DNA of 58,055 nucleotides from assembly GCA_030167865.1 (NCBI GenBank), contig JALAGF010004520.1, positions 1 to 58,055 on the forward strand, given 5' to 3'. The position numbers and the translations under genes were made by a program. Numbering within the stretch: position 1 is the first letter of the stretch; each line of letters begins with the position of its first letter. This document shows positions 1 to 9,856 of this stretch, one piece after another. The notes under the pieces were generated by a model that saw nothing but the letters and a program-made list of their open reading frames with translations, ran no database searches and was not told where the DNA came from. Source of the stretch: Craspedostauros australis (lineage: Eukaryota).

Positions 1-1
1 C

Positions 2-223
2 TCGAACACGACGATCGCGGACAGCCTGCTACAAAAGAAACACGTGGCCATATCGTTCCACAGAGTGCGCGAGTCCGTTGGAGCCGGGATATTGGTCCCA
101 ATATACGTTCCTTCGAAGCTCAACTTCGCGGATATGCTCACAAAGGCACTGGCACGGCCAGATCTAACCACTTTTGTCACAGCTCTGTTCTACGGAGGTC
201 ATCCTCAAGATCAAGGGGCGTGA
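2..223 (+). mobile_element. 3' end of Ty1/copia (CoDi-like) pol: RNase H C-terminus
   Basis: Frame from base 2 reads SNTTIADSLLQKKHVAISFHRVRESVGAGILVPIYVPSKLNFADMLTKAL...GHPQDQGA*. This contains the copia RNase H motifs KH.AI..H.VRE and N.AD..TK. The purine-rich tract aagatcaagggg lies just before the LTR. Confidence 0.93.
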
Positions 224-379
224 CAGCTTTCACTGTACTTCTTACCTCTTTACTAATCGTATTAATCAAATACTGGTCGGAGATTGTCCTCGGACAACTC
301 ACAATAAAACAACAAGAGCTCCGACCAGGGCACGCAACAACGGGCCAATCAGTCTCAGTAGTTACTTGCACGTTTGACA
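221..379 (+). mobile_element. 3' LTR (159 bp) of copia element
   Basis: Begins TGACA and ends TTTGACA, follows the PPT directly, contains AATAAA at 303-308, and aligns end to end with 54259-54420. Confidence 0.92.
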
Positions 380-915
380 TATAGTATGTGCATCAGGCAA
401 CGAGTACCAGAGAGAGCACGGATGATGTGTGTTGTGGTTGATTGATGTGGATGATGTCCCCGAAAGGCACGGAAACAGCTTCCAACGTGACGACGAACGG
501 ACGGTGGACGGACGGACGAAAGATGAGCGCGGATGCGCAACTAAACACCAACAAATAAACACTGTCCCACTACCACTGATGCCACCGCTATGCACATGCG
601 CACGCAACAAGACGCATGGCTACCATACGCAGAGACATAGCATACAACTATATCATATCATACAACAGTAGAAGCGCAGATCCGTGTTGCATTGCATTAG
701 AGTGCATGCTATTTTGCTTGAGCGTATGGAGCACCAGATCGAAGTCGACGAAGCGAATATTTTGCGAATGACCTGAATAGAACGTACCAATCCACTCTGC
801 TCGTATCGTGCGATACATACGAGTACATGCTCCACGCCAGTCCCTTCGATGTTTCTGCTATGTCACAGGTCGGCATCCAGGAGATGTTGCTGTGCATTCG
901 CTTTAAATTTGAAAT

Positions 916-2271
916 TTAGAGTTCGTCGCTCGTGGTGCCGAAGGCGATGGAACTTTCCGCCAAGTTGGTGTAGAGCACGCCGATGAAGACGCCGCATATG
1001 ACGACGTACATGTCGGATCGGAGATGGGTGAAGGCGCTGTACATGGCCACGAGCGTGGGGAAGGTGCTCGACATGAAGTTGGTGACTCCCGATTTGACCA
1101 TGGCCACCGGATCGATGCCGGTGTCCTTCTTCTTCTTCTTTTCCCCGTCTTCCGACGCGGGGATCTCGGCACCGAGGATGACGTTGCCGACCAGCTGACG
1201 CAAGATCAAGGCGACGCCGCAGAGGATGGGAGGGGTGTCCATGAGGGCTTGGGGCAGGGACATGAGCGTGAGGAAGAAGTTGATCGGCATGTAGTAGAAA
1301 ATCCGGAGGTTGAGTCTGTGCAACCAGATCGCGGCTTTCGCGATGGTGTTGAGCAGGGTGGGTTCCTTCGTCAAATCGTCCAGATCAACGCCGAAGAGAG
1401 GATCGATGTTGGGTCCTTGGTCTTCGTCGTCGTCCACGCCGAATTCGTCTTCGTCCGAAGGTGGAACGATGGCATCTCCGACATGATCCGCGGCATCCAA
1501 TGCGTCCTGGGCGGCCCCCTTGCTCTGCTTGTCGGCGAAGAGGTCGCGGTGGAGGATGGGAACGCCGTGCTGCGACGCTGCGTTCTGGGTGTGGATCGTG
1601 ATGTCGTCGCGGTACACCTGCACGCCGACGTCGATGCCGGCGAAGAGCAGGAGGAAGACCGTGAGGATGTGCATGTAGATCGCGGTTTGGTGCGCCTTGG
1701 GGAGCGGGTTCGTTTGGTTGTATTGGCTGATCGTCTTTGCCTGGTCCTCCGTGACCTCCGGCGCCACATCGCTCTTGCTCTTCTTCTTTGCAAGCATCTT
1801 CTTGCGACGCATCTTTGCCACGCCAAGGTACTTCTTCTTGTCGGCTGCCGCGGCATCGTCGTCGGTTGGTGCTGCGCCGGTGCTCGACTTCGCGCTGACC
1901 CGCGCCTCTGGTTCCGCGGTGGTCTCCTTTGCAGCTGTGGCAGTTCCGGCTGTCTTGACGGAATCTTCCGTCGTTGTTGCTCTTGTTGTTGTTGTTGTTG
2001 TTGCAGTCGTTGTGGTGGCTGCGCCCGACGTCGCATCCGGCTGAGTCTGCTCGTCATTGGACGCAGCCTTTCGATTTCGGTAACGGCGGTTCCTTGCGGC
2101 ACGGATGCGGGCGGCGTTGCTCTTGGAGGCATCCTTGTCCTCATCCGCGAGAGCCCCTTCACCGCTCACGAGATTCATGCGCTTGTTGGCCCTCTCCATG
2201 ATGCGCTTGCGTCTGGCTTCTGCCTGTGCGCGCGCAGCCTCTGCCGCAGCGACATCATCGGTCTCCGCCAT
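916..2271 (-). CDS. GET2/CAML-like ER membrane protein (tail-anchored protein insertion receptor), 451 aa
   Basis: First plausible ATG is at 2271 (MAETDD...). N-terminal AEARRKRIMERANKRMNLVSG matches the basic Get3-binding helix of CAML/GET2. It is followed by a low-complexity linker, several hydrophobic segments (e.g. DMYVVICGVFIGVLY) and C-terminal SDEL. Confidence 0.7.
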   Translation of the reverse strand: MAETDDVAAAEAARAQAEARRKRIMERANKRMNLVSGEGALADEDKDASKSNAARIRAARNRRYRNRKAASNDEQTQPDATSGAATTTTATTTTTTRATTTEDSVKTAGTATAAKETTAEPEARVSAKSSTGAAPTDDDAAAADKKKYLGVAKMRRKKMLAKKKSKSDVAPEVTEDQAKTISQYNQTNPLPKAHQTAIYMHILTVFLLLFAGIDVGVQVYRDDITIHTQNAASQHGVPILHRDLFADKQSKGAAQDALDAADHVGDAIVPPSDEDEFGVDDDEDQGPNIDPLFGVDLDDLTKEPTLLNTIAKAAIWLHRLNLRIFYYMPINFFLTLMSLPQALMDTPPILCGVALILRQLVGNVILGAEIPASEDGEKKKKKDTGIDPVAMVKSGVTNFMSSTFPTLVAMYSAFTHLRSDMYVVICGVFIGVLYTNLAESSIAFGTTSDEL

Positions 2272-2675
2272 GCTTGCTTCGCGTTGCTTTGGGTTCCTCA
2301 GTCGGATTGGAGTATGCACTATATGCTGGTCCGATCTGCTTGTTTGGTTGCTTGTTGTGGTGCAATAGATCGCAATGGATCGTATTATATTGTGGAATAG
2401 AATGCAGGTGTGTGGAGTGTTGGTGCAATGATGATGGCCACGAGTATAGCCGTGCTCGTCGCAACTCCTGTCTCTTTGTGCGGTTTGTTGCCATCGCGTT
2501 GTCTGGGTTGGTGTGAATTGGTGTGATTCGGTTGCCCACACTCTGTCCACATCCACACGTGTTGATTTGCGGGATTGACAAACCCCACGAGTCCCAAAAC
2601 AATCCCATTTGGCGACAACTCGTTTTCATTCACGAACAAATTCAAATCACAATGTGCGAAGTGTTGCGAAAAATG

Positions 2676-2683
2676 GCGCCAAA
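2676..2683 (-). promoter_or_regulatory. E2F-type site TTTGGCGC upstream of MCM4
   Basis: gcgccaaa on + is TTTGGCGC on -, matching consensus TTTSSCGC. It lies 200 bp upstream of the MCM4 ATG in a ~610-bp divergent intergenic region. Confidence 0.45.
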
Positions 2684-2882
2684 GTGGCAACGACAACAAT
2701 CGCCGAGTGTTTGTGACTCGTACTCGTCACAACACCAGAGAGACGCCAGCACCGAACACAAACAACTGCGCGATAGCAAGCTGGAAACGAAGGCACCTAC
2801 TCGTACCGTACGAGCCGATTACAGATATTCGCAGTCGCAACTGCGAATACGAACAGCTAGTCGAGCAAGCAAACGCGGGACA

Positions 2883-5800
2883 ATGTCTGTTGCCGGAGAT
2901 CAAGAGCCTGCGGACGAGCCTGCGGACGAAATCGCAGACACCAATGATCCGTCCACGTTGGCGGACGATGCCGCAAATGGATCCGCTAGTGTGCGTGGGA
3001 ACGACAACGAAGAGGAGCAGGCGGGCGGAACTCTTGGAATGGCACCGCCTCAATCTCCACCATCGTCATCCGATCACGGTGAAATGCCACAACAGGATTC
3101 TCCCTTGCAAATGAGCGGCGTGGAAGCAACGCGAGCAGATGATGACCCACCGGCAGACGACGACGACGACAGCAGCAACAACAACAATAATGATGCCGAC
3201 GGCGACGTCGACGTCGATGAGATGGAAGAGGTGGTGGAAGACGCATCGTTGGACGATGGAATCACGGGACATGAGGATGAGGAGATGGAAGGCGTCACGA
3301 TGGCCAGAGGCACCGATGTTAACGTGCGAATTGCAGCCGCCACATTCCAGAACTTCCTCCTGGAGTTTCGCCCTCAGGGTCGAAACGAGAATTCGGACGA
3401 TGCATCAGAGACCAGCACGGGCGAAGGCATGGGCGCGGATCAACCATTCTACGTTGCAAAGTTACGATCGTTGCTGAACAAGACGACGCAGTCCAGCCTG
3501 GAGGTCGATGCCATGCATCTCTACCGTCATAATGTGGCGTGCAAAAAGTTCTACCAGCAGCTCGTCAGCTACCCCATGGAGATCATTCCACTCATGGACC
3601 TTGTCATCCAGCGAGAGCTACGCAAGATCGCATCAACCTCCGAGCAGTACAGAGACCTGCATCCGAACGAAATACCGGTGCCACCGATCCAGGTTAGGCC
3701 GTTCAATCTCAAGCACGTGTCCAACCTCAGATGTCTCGATCCTGTGTCAATGGATTCGCTGGTGTGCATCAAGGGGATGATTGTCAGATGCTCGCCCATC
3801 ATCCCAGATCTCAAGGTCGCCTACTTCCAGTGCGTCATCTGCGGCGACGCGCTGCAGGTCTCCATCGACCGTGGCCGCGTTCAGGAGCCGCACCAATGCC
3901 CAGGATGCAAGATGAAGAACGCCTTCCAGCTCAGCCACAACCGTTGCCTCTTCGCCGACAAGCAGCTCGTCCGGCTGCAGGAGACACCGGACCAAGTTCC
4001 CGCAGGTCAAACGCCGGCCTCCGTCGTCACGTTCTGCTTCGACGATTTGGTGGACACCTGCCAGCCCGGCGACAAGGTCGAGGTCACCGGGGTCCTTAGA
4101 GCGCAGCCGATCAGGGTCAACCCCAAGATCTCCAAGCTCAAGAGCATCTACAAAACATACATCGACGTCATTCACTTCAGGGCGGTCACGGGGATGGAAC
4201 GTCACGAATCCTCATCATCGACGACCCTGTCCGACGATCGCATCGCTCAACTGCGCTCGCTGTCGCGGCGACATGATGTCTACGAGCAATTGGCGAACTC
4301 CCTCGCACCGTCCATCTGGGGTCATGATGATGTCAAAAAGGGTGTGCTTTGCATGCTCTTTGGGGGGAACCAAAGCCGCGTCCGGTCGAGGCCAGCAGCA
4401 GGAGGAGCGTCAGGAGCTGGCGCTGAAGAAGATCTGGGCGGGGACGACGATACCGACTCGCCGGATGCACATGCCTCAAAGGACGGAAAATTGAACAAGA
4501 GGGGGGACATCAACATCCTTCTCTGCGGGGATCCGGGGACGTCAAAGTCGCAGCTGCTCAGCTATGTTCACAAGCTGAGCTCACGCGGGGTGTACACATC
4601 TGGCAAGGGAAGCAGTGCAGTCGGGCTCACCGCGTCAGTTGTACGAGATCCCGAAACGAAGGATCTCGTGCTAGAAAGTGGCGCCTTGGTGCTTTCGGAC
4701 CGCGGCATCTGCTGCATCGGTACGTGACATGCAAGCGGCCAGGTTTGGGCTCCGTCTTCATGTCCATTAGCGTCTTCAATCTTGTGAATTGAGGTAGCGC
4801 GATGCGTTTTTACCATGGCGTATTGTGAAGTCAAGCAATGTGATGATCGGTTGCGCACATGCGCACGTGCACAAAACAGAACAACGGCGCCGTGCAGGCT
4901 GCAACTGCAAAATCTTGCGGCCTTTCAATGCGTCCTACGGTGATGCATTCCATAGCAGCGTGCCATACCATACCGTACTACTAGCATGTTCCACAATTTC
5001 TGGAGTCATCAAATCGCTGCTCACAAAGCTCATCTCTCTCTCTATGTTCCACAAAACGTTGCAATTTGATCGACCTGCTGCAACATTCCATTTTGCCGCC
5101 TCACATGTCGCTGTCCACCTTGCTGTCATTATTGACGATGGTAAACACTGAATACTGGTGCTGGTGGCACTTCTTCGTGACTTGCGTTGAGACAGACGAA
5201 TTTGATAAAATGTCAGACGCGGTAAGAAAGCAGAGAGGATGGATACCTGGGAGTGTACCGCGCTTCTCGTCATTCATGGTCGATACGGGTTGCTCCTCTC
5301 ATATTGTATAATACTACAACCACCTGGACTGTGATCCTGTCCGCTCTTGTGCTTGCGGTTGTGACCATGACCATGACCATGATCACATCCATACTCACAC
5401 TCATGGTCCCGTCCATGTACCATTGTCTTGTGGCATTTCGTTTTTTGAACCAACACACGCATGCACGCGCGTGCACGCACCTGCTCGATTCTTCAGACTC
5501 GATCGATTCTGCACGAAGCAATGGAGCAGCAGACAGTGAGCATCGCGAAGGCTGGCATCATCGCCTCGCTGAACGCAAGGACGTCCATCTTGGCATCTGC
5601 CAACCCGGTGGAATCGAGGTACAATCCCAACCTCAGCGTCGTCGAGAACGTGAAGCTCCCTCCCACGCTTCTGAGCCGATTCGACCTCATATACCTCATC
5701 CTGGACTCACCCAACGCGGATCATGATCGGCATCTCGCGCAGCACCTGGTTGGTCTGTACTATGAAATGCCGCGCGTCGCTGATCCAGAAATGGACGGTG

Positions 5801-6821
5801 AGCTGCTGAGAGACTACATTGCCTACGCGAGGGAGAATGCTCGGCCATCTCTCAGCGATGCGGCCGCGGACGAGCTGCTGACGAGTTACTTGGAGCTGAG
5901 GAATCCCTCCACGGGCACGGTGACCAACAACGGCACTCGAACTATATCAGCAACACCAAGGCAGTTGGAGTCGCTGGTGCGCCTGAGCGAGTCCCTGGCT
6001 AAGATGAGGCTGTCGGATGTTGTTCGGAGAGAAGATGCAAAGGAGGCGCTGCGCTTGATGAAGGTCGCAACGCAGGCGGCAGCGACGGATCCAAGGACAG
6101 GAAAGATCGACATGGATATGATTGCAACTGGACGGAGCACAGTGGATCGACAGTCGGAGGAGCAGCTGTATGACGCCGTGAAGGAATTACTGAAAGAGGT
6201 GAGACAACAGTGTCACTTTGTGTTTCAAGGTTGCCAGACCGCTGTATCATGCCTTGGTGGCTTCCACGTCCCGTCCATCACATGCCAGGATCTCGCAACG
6301 ATTTGTTCGTTTTGAGTGCGCAAATGCTCGCGTACGATGGTGACTTTGCTTCAAAGCGATAACGGACCTCACAGTATGGCGGCGCACGTTTTCCTGGTTT
6401 CTTATTGTTGTCTCCTGCGACGATCGTGGACAAATCTCATGCAACGACACTGATGCCTGCAATGGCAATACATCCCATCTACAAAAAACGATGATCGTCC
6501 CGCCTGAAATTTGATGCATCTCTGGAACCCTGCCATCTGTTCCACTCTTGGGTGCTCATGGCAATATTAACGATTATGTTGACGATGATCATACACTACG
6601 GCGCGACACTCGGGGAAACGATCGTTGGTGGACCTTGTCGAGCGAAGAGGCGAGGCAGTCGTCTCCAGGTCCGCGAGATCGTTCGACAAATCTCGGAGGT
6701 TTCGGACGCAGAGATCAGCCAGGACGACATCATCTCCACCCTGCGAAGGATGGACGCCGATGGCATCGTTCAATTCAAGGAGCGGTCTCAGACGATCTTC
6801 ATTCGGCCGACGATAATGTAA
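2883..6821 (+). CDS. MCM4: DNA replication licensing factor MCM4; exons 2883-4719, 5196-5221, 5497-6198, ~6648-6821
   Basis: Zn finger CVIC...CPGC, HNRCLFADKQLVRLQETPD, Walker A GDPGTSKS, Walker B IDEFDKM (split across exons), arginine finger SRFD and a C-terminal winged-helix-like exon. GT-AG junctions restore frame. The last acceptor could alternatively be at 6668. Confidence 0.95.
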
Positions 6822-7250
6822 GCACGGGGTGTGTACTTGTAGCTCGAGTACCGGGATGTCGGGACATTCCAAATATCCACCAGAGAATAACGATTTGGAG
6901 TGGTGCGAGTAATGCTAGAATACGAACCCTCTTCATTGTATTAGGCTGCAAACACCAGTACATGCCACTGAAGTGCCGCAGGCGTCGAGCCTGTGCCTTG
7001 CACCGCGTTGACTCGCCGACCGCATTATCCTTCGCTGTTCCCGTTTTCGATATTCCTCGTGGCTATGCGAGTACACGTAAGTTAGAGGCAAGAACGATGA
7101 GACACGGAACCGCTGTTGTTGCTGTCGCTGTTCCTGTCGCTGTTCCTGTCGCTGATGTCGACGTGGAGCTAGCAGCCTCAATTTCGCGTTCGCATTGCTC
7201 GTGACCGGTGGCTTGCGGCAAGCCGTCTACTTCTACTTCGGAGAGCTGGT

Positions 7251-8339
7251 CTACTTTTGTACGGCCATGTTGACGATGTTGCCAAGGTTGGAGTCAAACT
7301 CCTGCATGTTGAGATCGTTCTCGTCGTTGACCTGCTTCTTGATGCTTGCCACGGTGTCTTCGGGGAAGAAGGAAAGGAATTCGTCGAGTTTCGCCTGTGC
7401 CGCATCCAATCCCTTGAGGACCAAAGCTTCCTTGCCAGCGATGCTGTTCTCTCCGACCTAAGCATCCGATGGAGATGGTGCCGGCCATGACGAGATGTAG
7501 CATTTTTTGTTTTCGGTGTCACACGAATGCCAATATTCATATCGAGCAGAGTCGAATGGAGTGGAGTGGAGTAGAGTGGTTTGCATGTGTGCATGTGTGC
7601 ATGTGTGCAGTGGCAGAAGACAAGTGTATGAGCGTATTTGCGCAATTGTATTCGTTCCCCAAATGGGAGCCTGAAGGCAAGGGGGAAACTGCCCCATCAT
7701 AAAACGGCACACTTTGCAGTGCACAGCGTTCGTGTCCTCGGTTCCCATCCGGTCACCATGCTGCCTTGTCGTCGTGTCGTCTCGTTGCCATTGCGCACTC
7801 ACCTTGATGTTCTGAACGTCAGCAGAATCGAAGTATTCGAGGATGGTTTGGAGGTTCTGCACTGCGGTTTGCCCAACATCAATGGCCTTGATTTGTTTGT
7901 CGTTGCCCGGCAGGTATGCGCTGGCACCAACCACAGAGTCCGCCAATCTGTAGTTCTGGATCATGAATTTGACCGCCAGCTTGACGTTAGCTCGTTGGAC
8001 GTCCTTGAATTTCCCAGATTTGATGAGCCTCTTCTCTTGCTGGGTCGCCTCTCGTACCCTCACGACTTTGTACAGGTAACCATCCAAAGTCGGCTTCTCG
8101 GCCAGGGCAAGGCCTGGGGCAATCAGGGTGGTTGCGAAACCTGTCGCAATCGCCCCCATAAAGTCCCGGCGCTGTATGGAACCGTGCGGAGTGCAGCTGT
8201 CGTTCTGCTGCTGCGATCGCTGCTGCATCAAGATGCCGCGGAAAGATTCGCTTCGCATGCGGCGTAGGTTGAAGGCAGATGCATGCTGGATGTATGCCAG
8301 AACGATCAACACACTGGAGAGGATGGATTCGGTCTTCAT
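7251..8339 (-). CDS. Plastid thylakoid-lumen protein of unknown function (helical, PsbQ-like organisation possible); exons 8339-7803, 7457-7251
   Basis: Signal peptide ends ASA-F, followed by a transit region, then twin-arginine RRDF, a hydrophobic stretch and ALA. A GT-AG intron joins ...DVQNIK to VGENSIAGKEALVLKGL...MAVQK*. Confidence 0.8.
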
Positions 8340-8722
8340 GGTTGTACGTGCTTATTGTGACTGGGCGAATGGCTTGTGTTGTGATGCGTGTGCTTGGCCA
8401 GCCGGTTGGCATTTGGGTGGATCAGGTGATGACTCGGTTTCGAACCTTTTGGGTCAGCTTGCCTCTTTTCTCTCACGGCTCTCTGATCCTTCTACTTGTG
8501 TACTTCTACGAGTATGAGTACTGATGTGATGAGGTGGGAGATATTCCTGTATGGCATGCGATGTGGATGAGAGTGGAACGGTGAGGAGGAGTCCCCGTAT
8601 GGGTTTTCGACTCTGGAGAGTAGCGATGTGTGTCAATTATTATGGGTGTCGGTTCATCTTCCTCTGTGTGGATCGCGATCTTTTTTGTTGTGGTTGGCTT
8701 CTCTCTCTCTGCCTGTTCTGTG

Positions 8723-8771
8723 GTGCGGTGGTAGTGCGGTGGTAGTGCGGTGGTAGTGCGGTGGTAGTGCG
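8723..8771. repeat. Minisatellite (GTGCGGTGGTA)x4.4
   Basis: Four perfect 11-mers plus a partial copy read directly. Confidence 0.9.
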
Positions 8772-9856
8772 CCGATTGACGTCAGCCAACACATCAACAG
8801 CATCGACAACGATAAGGACTATGCAAGCACCTCGCAGAATGGACGAACATTCTCTCTGCGCTCGACACTTCTTCTGGAAGCTTCCCTCAGGCACCATCCC
8901 TGGGTACAACTATGAGCTAGTCTGTGTAGGTAGTACTCATTCCCTGTTTCTCACAGTGTTGGAAGAAGAGCACTCCACTCCATTCTCAAGAGAGTACTCT
9001 CACCTGCCCATGCAGACCCCCCGCGCTTGTGTAGTACATGCCTGGGTGTGTATGCTCGTCAGAAGTGCATCCGCAAGCATTCAGGTGGACACATGCGCAA
9101 GTACATGTCGCTCTGTCGATGCGTCTTTCCTCCTTGTGTTGCAGCATGCGTACCATAATCGCAGTTGCCTTGAGCTGATCCGATGGATACGATGTGCAAA
9201 CAGGTGGAGCAAGAAAAGAAGACGGTTGTTGTTTTACATGTGCTGCTCTCTTCGCTAATTTATAGATGCTATCAAATCATTCCATGGCAATACTCGGGCC
9301 AGGGTTTGATCTGATCTACTCGAAAGAAGAGGTCGTGGGACAGCACATGACCATTCGCGGTTTAGACTCCAATGTGGACATGGGCAAGACGACACAGCCT
9401 CTTGTGCAGACGGCTGTAATCCTTTTTCCTTTCAGACTTTCATGCGGTTGATACCGGTAGGCAGACACTTCGTCGCCGGTCGTCTCCGTGCACAAGATAC
9501 GTCGCCTCTATGGACGTCAGGAACGGACTCGCTCCCAAATACAATGGGGGGAGGGAGCGAGGGGGGTTTGCGAGATGGATCACTGTTCATTTTTCTGGGG
9601 TTTTCTGGTTGCTTTGTGTTGGTTCGGTTGTGGGGCGTGTTGGTATGATCGGGGGAATAAAGTTGATGTGAATGTGAGCGCGAGCATGGAAAGCCCATGC
9701 GTGCATCGACGCCAAGCCAAGGTCAAGTGCATTCTGGATACGCCGCCATCGCAGTCCTCTCAACAAGTGAGGATCGGCGGTGGCAGAAGCAGGCAGAGCA
9801 TTGACTTGTTGTTGCAGCGTTGATGCGCGAGCGCTCGGCAGTGAAGAGGAATGCGC

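Noticed and set aside
1024-2400. 458-aa plus-strand ORF
   Set aside because: Antisense shadow of the GC-rich GET2-like gene; no recognisable motifs.
2523-2882. Long N-terminal extensions in the ORF track (also 17361-17675, 2272-2556, 13334-13453)
   Set aside because: They rely on GTG/TTG starts or read through repeat-like 5' UTR; downstream ATGs fit the protein families better.
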